A program made the translations under genes and the position numbers. A stretch of 64,000 nucleotides of DNA from Phoronis australis (lineage: Eukaryota; Animalia; Phoronida), in the NCBI GenBank assembly GCA_002633005.1, contig NMRA01000756.1, forward strand, positions 68,251 through 132,250, written 5' to 3'. Below, piece after piece: positions 38,983 through 51,760 of the stretch (position 1 is the stretch's first letter; every line of letters starts with the position of its first letter). The notes under the pieces are model-generated. The model searched no databases and was not told the DNA's origin. It worked only from the letters and a program-made list of their open reading frames with translations.

Positions 38983-39142
38983 ACCCGAGATGGCCGCAAT
39001 GCGTCGTACCTCAGTGATTGCTCTGGCAGTTTCGAAAGGCCCAACTATGGATCCGTGATGACACAACTGAAAGAAGCGTACAATGAGACGGAAAGCTCTT
39101 GCGACTTCTTAGGAAAGTCGTTTAAAATCATTGGAAAGTCAG
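38983..39142 (+). CDS. TMEM272-like, coding exon 2
   Basis: ccctttcag|ACC...TCAG|gtgagt, phase 0 to 1; TRDGRNASYLSDCSGSFERPNYGSVMTQLKEAYNETESSCDFLGKSFKIIGKS. Confidence 0.85.
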
Positions 39143-39742
39143 GTGAGTTCCCGGATGTTAAAGTCAGGTGAGTTCCCGCATGTTCAAGACAGGTGAATCC
39201 CTGCATGTTCATATTACCTCCATGCGTTGGACTTAGCTTCCTAATGTGTAGTGAAAACCAAAATTGCACATGTAAATATCCGTATGTTAAGGTCTGGATA
39301 TTTCCACTAGATTTTCTATTTCAAATATTTCGAGTGTCTGGATTTCACCTTAGGAAGCTGAGAAATTTCTAAGTTGTTCCTTTGTAACCTGCTTCGTATG
39401 TGTACGCTTGGAAATGGACAAATTGTCTCAGAATCCATTTCAACGTGCACTTACATGAAAACACACGTAATGAAAAAGAATCGCAAGCAAGACTGAACAA
39501 AGTCGCCACAAATTAATAATGCACAAGGACTACAAGGCTGGTGCACTGTTTCCATAATCAACAACTGCAATACAAACTGATAAAAAGTTGTGACGCGTTG
39601 ATTACTGCTCAATTCAATGTCGAGCGACACTTCAACACACAAGGAAGCAATTTTTATTTCCAGTAGGGGATTCTAAGAATGGAAATTTTCTACGTGACAT
39701 TCATCATTATAGTGCTACGTGGTTTTTTTTTTTTAATTTCAG

Positions 39743-39802
39743 CCGGAGTGACCGTCTTAATTGGCATTAGCATGCTGCTTCCGGTTTCTATGATGTCCGT
39801 TG
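39743..39802 (+). CDS. TMEM272-like, coding exon 3 (first TM helix)
   Basis: Poly-T tract, tttcag|CC...GTTG|gtatgt, 60 bp, phase 1 to 1; AGVTVLIGISMLLPVSMMSVG. Confidence 0.9.
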
Positions 39803-41593
39803 GTATGTAGTCCAGTATCTGTGACGTTCGCAGGAAAAAACACTAAGAATGACGCTTGACAGTTTTTACGCTTTGTAGTTACATTCGCAAGTTCTGGCAA
39901 GTTTCCTTTGACTTCCTTCCTTTTGGTCTGAAATCTAGGTTATTATGTAACATTTGGCTCCTCGAAAGCGCCTTTTGTAAGATACGTGACTGGCCTATTT
40001 ATACAAAAGCAAAGACACCAGAGGTCCTCCTTAACCGAAAACAACTATAAAGTATTGATCGACTGCGCATTTTTTGACGACTAAATAAGATCAGCGGAAG
40101 CTGCTCTGTGAAATTTTAATGCCGTGATCCTAGGAATAAATCATATGTTGCACCCCATTGAGAACATATGCTCAGCAAGACACCATTTTGTTGGTCACCA
40201 CAGTTTGATGCATGTGGGTATCAGCACCCATGGGCTTGTATTTGAAAGCATGTATTTTTCAAACAACCATTTTTGCATATGGACGAATCCTCCAGTTTCA
40301 CGTAATGTGCAGGTAGGTGTCGCTTTTACAAATGCTTGACAATTGTAATATTTATTCATGTTTAGTATTATACTGAATCATGCAATGTACTCTGATGTTA
40401 ACCGATAATATAACCTTGGATGCGTTCCAAAGGCCCAAGACATTGCGTCTACGGAACGCAGACCTACATTCACATGATATTTTACTTGTTCGTGCGGCAT
40501 TTGTTGGGCTCAATAGAAGTTCGCATAAAAAGTGCATGTCAGCAACCGGCAAAAAAGGCTACCGTTTTTCCATGTTATGCTCCAAACGGTGAAAAATTTC
40601 ACTATACAGTGGCTTAGAAATAACTCAAAATGAGGAAAAAATCAATGGAAATGTTTATAACTGACCACTTTTGTCAGAAACGCTTTTCCATTAAAAAAAA
40701 TTGTTATAATTCCTTTATCCAAAACATGACATCACTATCCTCAAAAACTTCATAATTTTATGTTCTTGTTGACGTCACCATTGAACAATATCACGCACAA
40801 ACCATTTATATTTCACTTTTTTGTACTCTGCGAGTTTTTCCAAAATACACGATATTCATTCATAATTCCGATTTCACATCAAAAACAATAAAGTTTCTAT
40901 TAACATAAATGAAAACTCTGGAACATGTTGGAAGTATTAGATTTCAAACTGGGAGTTAGTGTGATTTAGGCTAATGTGCTATTGCTGGGAAGTTTAGTGC
41001 CAGTTACCATTCAAGTTCGCTGTAGTGGGCTGGGAAGCTAGTTGAAGGATTTTCAGATATGGTATCCAAATGATAAACTTGAAATTCTCGAATCGAAGTA
41101 CATTTTTCACAGAAAAGTAAATAAAGAATAAACGTCTAAGATGATACAAACATTTTTAAATCCTCAAAAATCCAAAATTTAGTCATTTATACTGAGGGAA
41201 TAATGCGTACGGGCCCGGCTACTGATTGCGCGCATGTACGGTGCAATAGGGTATTAATGACCTAAGTCAGCGCCGGAAGAAAGTTATGGAAAAAATCCTC
41301 AGAAATACTCAAAAAGTGATTGTCCGGAAGAGCGAACGGAGTATGACTGAACAACAAACGCATAACACGCATGCCGCATGTTTTGCATTTAATAAAATCC
41401 TTCATTTAATACAATGATGTCGTTGAAAACTTGAGGTTTGTTTGACGTTTGTTTGGCCGAAGATTAAAAAATGAATTCAAACCACTGTTACCTAATACCC
41501 CGCCAACCTAGTCATTTAGTTCTTCCGCAAAGCCTATTTCGAAGATTCACGGCAACGAAGCATTTTTTACGAAGTAAGCAATTATCGTTTTAG

Positions 41594-42033
41594 GCGTCAA
41601 ATATCTGGACGAGTGCCCAGTGGAGCCGAATATTCCTATTTACCTCCTAGTAGGGGGGTGCTTCGGCTTCTTCCGCCTGATTACGTTGTTATGGCGACAA
41701 GTGAGATCAAGACGCTTTGAGAAAATGGATATCTACGAGCATGACGATGAGAATGGAGATTTCATTACGTCACAGTCATTAAAGTTTACAGATATAATTT
41801 TGACTGTATTTCTGTTTGTATGGTTCGTTATTGGGAACTATTGGGTTTCACGAATTTGGATGCCAGCTTTCAAGATGGACATGCACGATCCGAGTAATTG
41901 GTGTGACAAGATGTGTTATTACTTCGCGTTTGTCCAAATTTTGATTTGTTACACATTCATACTAGTAGCTGTTACAATTATATGTTGCTTGTTCTGTTGC
42001 CATAGATACTCCTGTGGATTTGAAGACGAATAA
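41594..42033 (+). CDS. TMEM272-like, last coding exon (three TM helices)
   Basis: tttag|GC; GVKYLDECPVEPNIPIYLLVGG, FLFVWFVIGNYWV, WCDKMCYYFAF and a Cys-rich tail match the TMEM272-family pattern; stop TAA ends at 42033. Confidence 0.92.
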
Positions 42034-43759
42034 AAGCGAACACCGTTTACCAGCTAATTGATAAGCTGAATTACGTAACCGTAAACCGAAACGAGTAAGT
42101 GATTAGCATGGAACTACACGACATATCGTCATGGATACTATGGTAACGAATATCGGAGAAAATACACGTTAGTTTGAATGGCATTTCCAAGAACAAGATG
42201 ATGCAATAACGAAGGTTTTGAATACCATCGTTATACACGTATTCCCTCTAATGACATATTGGCAAATTTTGCAGCTATCCTTTTGCTATATAGTTAAAGC
42301 TATAATTAACTTTTCCACATGGATCAATACTTAGAAGAAGTAATACCTCAATGCTTATTAAAAAGTAATTTCGTTAAAATCCACCTTCCATTCATATAAG
42401 TACGTTGTTATGTTCTTTTCCGTTGCAGAGTTAGAAGTTGAAGAATGTTAAGCTGGAACGTATTAGGTAGATGTATAGTGGTTGGTTTGCGACTTCCGCT
42501 ATTCTGTCTAACAGAAACACGGATGTTTGTTTCCCGTTAGTCTTCTTCTAGTTCTACAAAGGCCGGGTTCAATTAGTTAAAGTATTTATTTAGTTCAGCC
42601 GGTTCAAATCAACGAGTTCTAGCTGAGTTGAGAGTGACTTTTTCTGTGTCAGATGTTATCAGAAGTATAACGGCCTGTGTGTATTACAGTATTCGAAGTA
42701 CATAATAAATTTTAATAAGTGGGGAAAAGAAATCACCACTTTCGACGCTAAATCAGATGTTATTAACTTCTTTGAACTATATCCTGTGGTATTAGACCAA
42801 ATTGGTTTTACAAGCATAGATCGATGTACTGAGAATGCGAGAGCTCGCAGTGAGAAAGTGAAAAATAAAACCTCTTACAAATGTTTTCAGATTGCATGTG
42901 ATTGCATTCACGTATTTTCTAAAATTAACAAAAATAATCGTATCAGAATTATTACAGATATAATGCCAATCCCATTTCTGGGCAGCAAATGTAAATGTTA
43001 CCTTCTGATGAGTTAAAAGCTTTTGTTCCAAGCCTGGCTGTAATGCAACACTTTGTTATAATCGTTCGCAGTTCATCTGATAAAAATAACTGTGTTCCAT
43101 GTTCAAAATAAGAAAATGCCGATTTTTGTTGAATGATGTATACTGCAAAAGGAGTGAACAACACTGACTTTCACAAACCAAGTACTCTAAAGATACAGAA
43201 GCAAACGTGAAAACAAAGTGTTATTAGTCGGATCCGTCCATCTTTTGTCAAGTTAATAGCAATAAACTTGAAAAACTTTCAAAACTAACAGATGAGAAAA
43301 ATGCCACCAGGGGCACCACAGTAGGCGAATCAGTCTGAAAATCCACGTCAGTCTTGCTATCACCAGTAGGAACACATCTACCAATGATCCTTAGAACGGT
43401 TGGGCGGATACAAAGGCAGACGGCAGAAATAGGAAATAATAAAAATGACCACTACCGACGTGGCGCAGAATATGTTCAATTCATCCCAAAATGGAAAGGT
43501 GTTGTCTTCATAGCAGAAACTTGTTTGCCTATTAATAAAAATCGACGAGAAACTCTGAAGATAAAGATGCAAACGTAAAAGCTATATTTGCCAGCATGCA
43601 AGTGTGGCACAGCGGTAAGAGCCCGGCCTCTAATAGTCGTGGGTAGCCATTGCCATCAATGCAAAGGATTGAGGAGATACAGCTGTGGGTGTAAAAGCGA
43701 AAAGATAGCCACTACATAGGGGTCACCAGAACCGTCCCCATTCACGTCTTATCATTAAC

Positions 43760-43989
43760 CAGTGGCGGATCTAGGATATCACAAGGGGGGGGGCCCAACA
43801 TTTTGTCCGGTTGGAAGCTTTTGCGCAAACTGAACCACGAATGTAGATGCGCATAGCACCGGATGGGGGGAGGTCGGGAGGGGGGTTTGCCCCCCTCCCG
43901 CCCAGGAAATTTTTCTGTTTTTACCTCTAAAAATCAAGCATTTTCCTTGATTCCTGAAGTATTATCCAAGAAAAAAAGGCAAAAAAAAA
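43760..43989 (+). mobile_element. End of the same DNA element family as 21240-21462 (inverted copy), running into a gap
   Basis: cagtggcggatctaggatatcacaagggg...gattcctgaagtattatccaag is the reverse complement of about 21240-21462. Confidence 0.85.
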
Positions 43990-45829
43990 NNNNNNNNNNN
44001 NNNNNNNNNNNNNNNNNNNNNNNNNNNNNNNNNNNNNNNNNNNNNNNNNNNNNNNNNNNNNNNNNNNNNNNNNNNNNNNNNNNNNNNNNNNNNNNNNNNN
44101 NNNNNNNNNNNNNNNNNNNNNNNNNNNNNNNNNNNNNNNNNNNNNNNNNNNNNNNNNNNNNNNNNNNNNNNNNNNNNNNNNNNNNNNNNNNNNNNNNNNN
44201 NNNNNNNNNNNNNNNNNNNNNNNNNNNNNNNNNNNNNNNNNNNNNNNNNNNNNNNNNNNNNNNNNNNNNNNNNNNNNNNNNNNNNNNNNNNNNNNNNNNN
44301 NNNNNNNNNNNNNNNNNNNNNNNNNNNNNNNNNNNNNNNNNNNNNNNNNNNNNNNNNNNNNNNNNNNNNNNNNNNNNNNNNNNNNNNNNNNNNNNNNNNN
44401 NNNNNNNNNNNNNNNNNNNNNNNNNNNNNNNNNNNNNNNNNNNNNNNNNNNNNNNNNNNNNNNNNNNNNNNNNNNNNNNNNNNNNNNNNNNNNNNNNNNN
44501 NNNNNNNNNNNNNNNNNNNNNNNNNNNNNNNNNNNNNNNNNNNNNNNNNNNNNNNNNNNNNNNNNNNNNNNNNNNNNNNNNNNNNNNNNNNNNNNNNNNN
44601 NNNNNNNNNNNNNNNNNNNNNNNNNNNNNNNNNNNNNNNNNNNNNNNNNNNNNNNNNNNNNNNNNNNNNNNNNNNNNNNNNNNNNNNNNNNNNNNNNNNN
44701 NNNNNNNNNNNNNNNNNNNNNNNNNNNNNNNNNNNNNNNNNNNNNNNNNNNNNNNNNNNNNNNNNNNNNNNNNNNNNNNNNNNNNNNNNNNNNNNNNNNN
44801 NNNNNNCTTACGAGCTGTAAAACGACGTTGTTTAATTTCATTGTGCTCATTCATTGTCATCCGTCAAATCGGCAATTTCCGAGATGTGATCTGCGGCGTG
44901 CGCGTATGTGTACAAAACACGTGATTGTTATGTTCCTGAAGTACGAAAATTAAGAAACTTTAGCATGCCGTTATTATTGACAGGGACACGATAAAATGAA
45001 TTTGGATTTTGACTATAGTCTTGAAACAGCGAGGTGGCTGACCACTGCGTCAGTGTCTCGGTTAGACCCAGAAATTTCACACAGCCCGGGTAGTTCACTT
45101 CGTCCCCAACATGTAGATCAAGCCTTGGACTATTAATACTCCACGGTAGAGCTAACGACCGTCGGCCTGTGCACACAAAATCTGTGAGTTAACAAGCACT
45201 CACCTTGCACGTTGCAGCCGTTTAAATGAAAAAAAAAACAATCTATTAAACGCCATTTTCCTGCATAATCCTCCACCTTTTGTAACAAAAAAGTCAATCG
45301 TCGATGACCCAACCGAAACAAACTAATTTAATTTAAATTGTCACTGGGGGTACAGCGGCAGTCGGGTGCGTCCGAAATTAGCATTCTTCGAATCACCGGC
45401 TTCATAGCAACACAATTAAATATAATTAAGATCCTGCAAGGGGGTTTAGCATGCGCGCACCCTGCCTAAATTATGGGGGATCGAATTTTTCGGTATGCGG
45501 ACCTTTTACTGAAAAAAATCAACGAGGACTAAAAAAACGGAGCCACTTGGTTCAGGCCTACAGATTGTGCATCCGCGCCGAATTCCTGTGGGGTTTGTGG
45601 ACTTTTGACTCCTTTACCCGGACTTTTCGCTTCGCCGAGGCGGACCTTTTTGCACAATTCGCCAAATTGGGGGGATCGTTCGAGCCCCCCAGCCACCCTG
45701 GGTGCGCCCAATAGGAGATATCTATAGCAGCGGACGTCCAGACAGAGATGACGGCAATAATGAATATCCACCCACGTCAGTGTTTATCATTGGGCGCAAA
45801 AATATTCTCTATCAAATGCTGATAATTTG

Positions 45830-46300
45830 GTTAGGAATTCAAAACACATTTTGTAAAACCCTCTCCATTGAAAACTGTCAAATACCTTGTGAACCGAAAG
45901 TTAAAACTTCTAGGAATAGCCAATGATACCAACCTAACTTCAACTGGACTCCCATATTTGGGACATTTGCAAAAAAGCCTCACAGCAAATAAACGTTCTA
46001 AGAAGAATTGGACACCACCTTACGATAAACGGCAGACTTGACATTTTTCACTCCTTCATCCTTTCAAATTTCCATTACTGCCCCTGTCATGGCATTTTTG
46101 TTTGAAAGAAGTTACACTCAAACTAGAAAAACTTCAACTCAGAGCCCTCCGTTTTGTTTACAACGACGACGTTAGCACACATGAACAACTACTCTCACTA
46201 GATAACAAACCATCCCTTCACCTACACAGACTACGACTTATTGTGATAGAAGTATTTGAAATCCTTTATGGTGAATCACTCAAGACACGTCTTTCACTTT
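45830..46300 (+). mobile_element. LINE (CR1/L2 group) RT C-terminal fragment
   Basis: KASQQINVLRRIG, FILSNFHYCP..WHFC, KLEKLQLRALRFVYND motifs; frameshifted. Confidence 0.75.
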
Positions 46301-46919
46301 TAAAGAAGCAATAAAACAATTACTCCTTTGATATACCTTCACCATTTTCAAGTGAGCAATTTCAGCATTGGTGAACTGCAATACAGTCTGCAATACAGTC
46401 TGCAATACAGTCTGATGCTTAAACTTAATGAGTTGCTGATGGTCTTTTTGGTAACGCAAATAGAATGCAATCAGGGTAACCAATATTACCAGATTGATTT
46501 TATGAGAACAAAAGGCCTACGTTTACTTTTATTTGTTGAATGGCTCAATGTTACAAAATACTCAGCTACTTGTCCTGTTCAAAACACACCTGCTGACACT
46601 GACAAGTCACTCTGAGGTGACAATCTTTGGTGAGACACTGACTCCAGCACTGTCAGACCTAACTACCGTTGTAGCTTACTCCACTTAGCTGCTGAGGCGA
46701 TAATTCATAAAAGCAGTGTTCTATGCTGATGTGATCAGACTATCCTTGGTGAAAACATTCTTCATTGGACACTGAATGTGAGAAGTAAGTGCAATCACAC
46801 TTTACCATGTACAAAACATGGCATGAAACAGATTTTGAAGTCAAGGTGATAAAATGCATCTTGGGAGACTCCATTCATTTGTAACTGTTTCCATGACAAA
46901 AAATACTAGTTCTGTTCCT

Positions 46920-47110
46920 TCATTCGTCACTACTTGAACTGCTTGATGAGTCTGATGACATCAGCTCCACATCTTCAGAGTCTTTGTGTTTACTGTCCAT
47001 GTTGGCTGACCCCTGTCCAGTCATGCCCATTGCTATACTAGATGAGTGATCATAGGTCGACGACCAGGACGACAGGTAACCGCCAACATCAGGTGTGGCA
47101 CTTGCTGATT
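46920..47110 (-). CDS. MED4: Mediator complex subunit 4, last coding exon
   Basis: tttcacag|AA, phase 1; ends DSEDVELMSSDSSSSSSSDE*, matching the MED4 acidic/Ser C-terminus. Confidence 0.92.
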
Positions 47111-47281
47111 CTGTGAAAGAAAATCAGTGAAGTAACTATTCAAAATAAAAATGCAGTAAAAGCTGTTACGAATAAGAACAAAATAAACAGATTGTTTATT
47201 TCTTACAATATTACTGAGGTTCACATTGACACACTCTCCCATTTAACTCTTTCTTTCTTCCTATGTTATTACTTTCCAGTG

Positions 47282-48584
47282 CTTTGTGTTCTTATACTTG
47301 TAGTCTTTGTCTTTGTGTTCTTATACTTGTAGTCTTTGTCTTTGTGTTCTTGTACTTGTAGTCTTTTGTCTTTGTGTTCTTGTACTTGTAGTCTTTGTCT
47401 TTGTGTTCTTGTACTTGTAGCCTTTGTCTTTGTGTTCTTGTACTTGTAGTCTTTGTCTTTGTGTTCTTGTACTTGTAGTCTTTGTCTTTGTGTTCTTGTA
47501 CTTGTAGTCTTTGTCTTTGTGTTCTTGTACTTGTAGTCTTTGTCTTTGTGTTCTTGTACTTGTAGTCTTTGTCTTTGTGTTCTTGTACTTGTAGTCTTTG
47601 TCTTTGTGTTCTTGTACTTGTAGTCTTTGTCTTTGTGTTCTTGTACTTGTAGTCTTTGTCTTTGTGTTCTTGTACTTGTAGTCTTTGTCTTTGTGTTCTT
47701 GTACTTGTAGTCTTTGTCTTTGTGTTCTTGTACTTGTAGTCTTTGTCTTTGTGTTCTTGTACTTGTAGTCTTTGTCTTTGTGTTCTTGTACTTGTAGTCT
47801 TTGTCTTTGTGTTCTTGTACTTGTAGTCTTTGTCTTTGTGTTCTTGTACTTGTAGTCTTTGTCTTTGTGTTCTTGTACTTGTAGTCTTTGTCTTTGTGTT
47901 CTTGTACTTGTAGTCTTTGTCTTTGTGTTCTTGTACTTGTAGTCTTTGTCTTTGTGTTCTTGTACTTGTAGTCTTTGTCTTTGTGTTCTTGTACTTGTAG
48001 TCTTTGTCTTTGTGTTCTTGTACTTGTAGTCTTTGTCTTTGTGTTCTTGTACTTGTAGTCTTTGTCTTTGTGTTCTTGTACTTGTAGTCTTTGTCTTTGT
48101 GTTCTTGTACTTGTAGTCTTTGTCTTTGTGTTCTTGTACTTGTAGTCTTTGTCTTTGTGTTCTTGTACTTGTAGTCTTTGTCTTTGTGTTCTTGTACTTG
48201 TAGTCTTTGTCTTTGTGTTCTTGTACTTGTAGTCTTTGTCTTTGTGTTCTTGTACTTGTAGTCTTTGTCTTTGTGTTCTTGTACTTGTAGTCTTTGTCTT
48301 TGTGTTCTTGTACTTGTAGTCTTTGTCTTTGTGTTCTTGTACTTGTAGTCTTTGTCTTTGTGTTCTTGTACTTGTAGTCTTTGTCTTTGTGTTCTTGTAC
48401 TTGTAGTCTTTGTCTTTGTGTTCTTGTACTTGTAGTCTTTGTCTTTGTGTTCTTGTACTTGTAGTCTTTGTCTTTGTGTTCTTGTACTTGTAGTCTTTGT
48501 CTTTGTGTTCTTGTACTTGTAGTCTTTGTCTTTGTGTTCTTGTACTTGTAGTCTTTGTCTTTGTGTTCTTGTACTTGTAGTCTT
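47282..48584. repeat. 29-bp minisatellite, about 45 near-identical copies
   Basis: Unit gtctttgtctttgtgttcttgtacttgta; ends at a single N (48585). Confidence 0.98.
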
Positions 48585-48585
48585 N

Positions 48586-48781
48586 TAGCCACATCATAAT
48601 CTGCCACTACAGGGTACCTCAGTAGCCCCATCATAATCTGCCACTACAGGGTGCCTCAGTAGCCACATCATAATCTGCCAATACAGGGTGCCTCAATAGC
48701 CACATCTTAATCTGCCACTACAGGGTGCCTCAGTAGCCACATCATAATCTGCCACTACAGGGTGCCTCAGTAGCCACATCA
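48586..48781. repeat. 37-bp minisatellite, about 5 copies
   Basis: Unit tagccacatcataatctgccactacagggtgcctcag. Confidence 0.95.
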
Positions 48782-49593
48782 GACCAAAAATCATCACCAG
48801 CTGTGCTTTCATCAATGGAAACCCAGACACCAAATTCCAAGAAGCGCTATCGAAGAACGTAATAGATATTGAAGTAAACATGAGGAAAATGACCACAGTG
48901 GAGCCCATTAGCAGTTGTCTATTTAAAAATCAATACCAACAGCGTTCTCCCTTTACAACCCATCAACATGAAGGAACTTGGTAAGCACAAAAATGCCAGT
49001 AAGGGGAGCAAGCATATTTGACAGTCCCCTGTAACTGACTGTGTCTGTGGATCATTACTTGTTGTTGGGCCTGGCAAGGTGGCCACTGTTTTTGCTTCTG
49101 AGGATGGTGTTTTAATAAACGCTGAAACATGTCAACCCGGTTTAAATCCATCGTTGTTTATCTTAACATATTTGACACTGTACAAAATCAACTGGAGCCA
49201 TGCTCTGCTCAGTATGCTCACAATTTTCAGTTTCATAAGGATTCATCCCACATCTTGATAGATATCGAGACAACCGCAAATTAAACTAAAATCGCTACCA
49301 ATGACATGACAATAAACCTATCTGAAAATCTCGCCAATACGAATTTCTTAATGATCCTTAGAGGGCTTTGTCCAATAAATGGCAGACTTCAAAATAATAA
49401 AAGTAAACCACTAGGGGCAATCCATCCAAATTTGGGAAGGTATGGTCAAGTTTCAATAAAAAAATCTTTTCTAAATTTCATAAAAATCCATCACGGAACT
49501 GGGTAGAAACAGAATAATTTTGGTACTGATTTTTGTTCACATTGAAAGAAACTTTAATAATGCAATAACACAAACTACCATAAGTTAGCTTAC

Positions 49594-49734
49594 CTATTTG
49601 AGAAGACTGGCGAGAAAGAGAGCCGTCTAAACTGGTCTGTGACTGCAATAGTTGTCCATGGGGGAGATCATTCAAGCGAGCTAGTAGTCCCATCCTCATC
49701 TCAATGTCAGTAGGGTATGGTCGACGTGGGTCAC
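49594..49734 (-). CDS. MED4: MED4 penultimate coding exon
   Basis: ttgcag|GT...ATAG|gtaagc, 141 bp, phase 1 to 1; GDPRRPYPTDIEMRMGLL is the MED4 signature. Confidence 0.96.
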
Positions 49735-49859
49735 CTGCAATATGTTGGAGTATACAGTTTGATTGGCACACAGTGGAGGATACATGCATAAGAGGTAGTC
49801 TAGGCCAGTGACTAGGACTACGCACCAAACTAATGGCATTGACTAAAATACTGGTAAAA

Positions 49860-50490
49860 TACCAATATAAGTATAAAGACCGGACGATCGCCGCACAAAT
49901 AAAAAAGTTCATGTTCAATTCAACGTTTCGTCTTTTCATTAGACATCATCAGGATCATATTTACAACAATTTAGGACAACGAAAGCCAACATACAGCTCA
50001 GGTAACATCCATAGAGTGAAGTGACAGATACATAGAATATAGACAGTAGCTGGTCATCACCATAGTTGCAGGGTCACTGAGCTCTGCATGTTGTTCAGAG
50101 AATCAGTGGCAGGCTGGTTCTGAATGGCCAATGACTCTTTAATGTACAGTAACTCCTTATTAGGTTCTCTGCAGATAATACTAACAGAGTTGGCTTGCTG
50201 ATTGTAGCTAATATAATGCCTATATATGTTACTTTTCTCTGAGGTGTGATGTTCTTTCAACCTGTCACAGAGGCGTCTCTGTGTGAGTCCTATATAGAAT
50301 TCCTTACAGTTGTCACATTCAACCTTATACACAACATTGCTCTTATTCAATAAAGAGATGGGTGACTTCAGCTTACACAGCATATTGGAAAGTTTCCGAA
50401 GAGGTTTAAAAACAACTATCAGTTCAACTGCTGGGTCAATGCAATGCTTATTGTAGCCAACAACTGATTTAACGATACAAGTATTCATTG
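49860..50490 (-). mobile_element. Penelope-like element 3' fragment (GIY-YIG endonuclease plus 3' terminal region)
   Basis: ORF 50057-50488: KSNVVYKVECDNCKEFYIGLTQRRLCDRLKEH...KESLAI...LN, the Penelope GIY-YIG pattern. Confidence 0.9.
49915..49960 (-). ncRNA. Candidate minimal hammerhead ribozyme
   Basis: Minus strand reads CUGAUGA-u-GUCU-aaugaaa-AGAC-GAAA-CGUU: both core boxes and stem II present, palindromic AACGUU in place of stem III; stem I weak. Confidence 0.55.
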
Positions 50491-51440
50491 GGTGATTTTA
50501 TTAACGCTCATGTTGGTAATTTGAAAGACTGTGTTGTACATGACAGTGCAGATTACCTCCCCTGCCAAGAATGGTATACCCTCGATAGCTTTAATATTCA
50601 GAGGCAAACTACAGATGATGCAATTAACACCTTTGGTAAGTCTTGAGGAGCTTAGCTGTGAACTTGACCTTCATATCATGAACGGTAGACGTGAAGATGA
50701 CTCAAAAGATGAATTTACCCGTTATGCGTCGGGAGGGTGTAGAGTTGTGGATTATTTGTTGGTATCGTCTGAATTGTATGAACATGTATTGGCCTCATCT
50801 GAATTGTATGAACCTGTATTGGCCTCATCTGAATTGTACGAACATGTATTTAAATTTAAGGTAGATTAATTTCACGTGTCTGATCATCTCTCCATAGTTT
50901 GTGCTCTTACAATGGGTGTGAATTACTCAGTACTGCTATCTGTTGAACAGGGTGACTCTGCGTCAAGTGTCAGACCGTATAAGAAAATTGTGTGGTTTGC
51001 AGACAAGGTATAATCATTTGAGTTAATTTTCCAACTGAATTTTATCGTTTGATTGAAAATAATATGGTGGGCGAAGCGGTACACAATCTGTCCCCTTCGT
51101 ACAAATGCGCTGCATCAAATATGATCCAGTAAATCTAAAAAGAGCAATTTTAAGTCTCAACCCCCTGGTGGGATAAGGAGTTACAAGAAATGAAAGGAAG
51201 TAATTAAAATAGCAGGCTCTTAATAAATGTCACCAGTCCAGGTCTGTCAGTGACTTGGAATTTTACAAATCCTGTAACAGAGAGTACCAAAAGTTGATTA
51301 GAGTTAAGAAACAACAGCGGGATTTAGAGGTATTGAATAAGATAATAAATAGCACAAAAGATACGAAACAATTCTGGAATTTAGTGAAAGCAATCTTGCC
51401 CAAAAACAAGGCTATAACCTCAATCACGCCTGATATATGG
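50490..51440 (+). mobile_element. LINE ORF2 fragment (APE endonuclease and linker)
   Basis: GDF, LHIMNGR, FT..ASGGCRVVDYLLVS, SDHL, PWWDKE, TKQFWNLVK; contains a 30-bp x3 internal duplication. Confidence 0.75.
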
Positions 51441-51615
51441 TAACGTTACTTTACTGTAAATATGTATTTTATGGTTTTCCACTCCGTCATAGCTTGCTGC
51501 ACTCTTAAGTGTGTTGCATGTTATTCTTTTGTACAGTGGGCCTATGACCTTTATTACAGAAATAAATTGATTGATTCTCGTATCATTCATCACTGATACT
51601 AATTCTAATACTAAC

Positions 51616-51760
51616 CTGGAACCCAATTTCCAGGAGCAGCGACAGAGTTACTAACACTGATACGATGCGAGAACTTAATTAGTTCCTCCGAAGGTATTGG
51701 GTGCTTCTGGGAGTTTTTAATAGAATCTAGCTTGATCTTGCCTTGATATATAGCTGTAGA
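51616..51760 (-). CDS. MED4: MED4 internal coding exon (not in the ORF track)
   Basis: ttttctag|TCT...CCAG|gttagt, 145 bp, phase 0 to 1; STAIYQGKIKLDSIKNSQKHPIPSEELIKFSHRISVSNSVAAPGNWVP matches MED4 TAVYQAK..L.SI....SEE.IKYAHRIS. Confidence 0.95.

Noticed and set aside
47269-48634. 437-442 aa repetitive ORFs
   Set aside because: By-product of a stop-free 29-bp satellite in a MED4 intron; the starts lie across an N in a different repeat.
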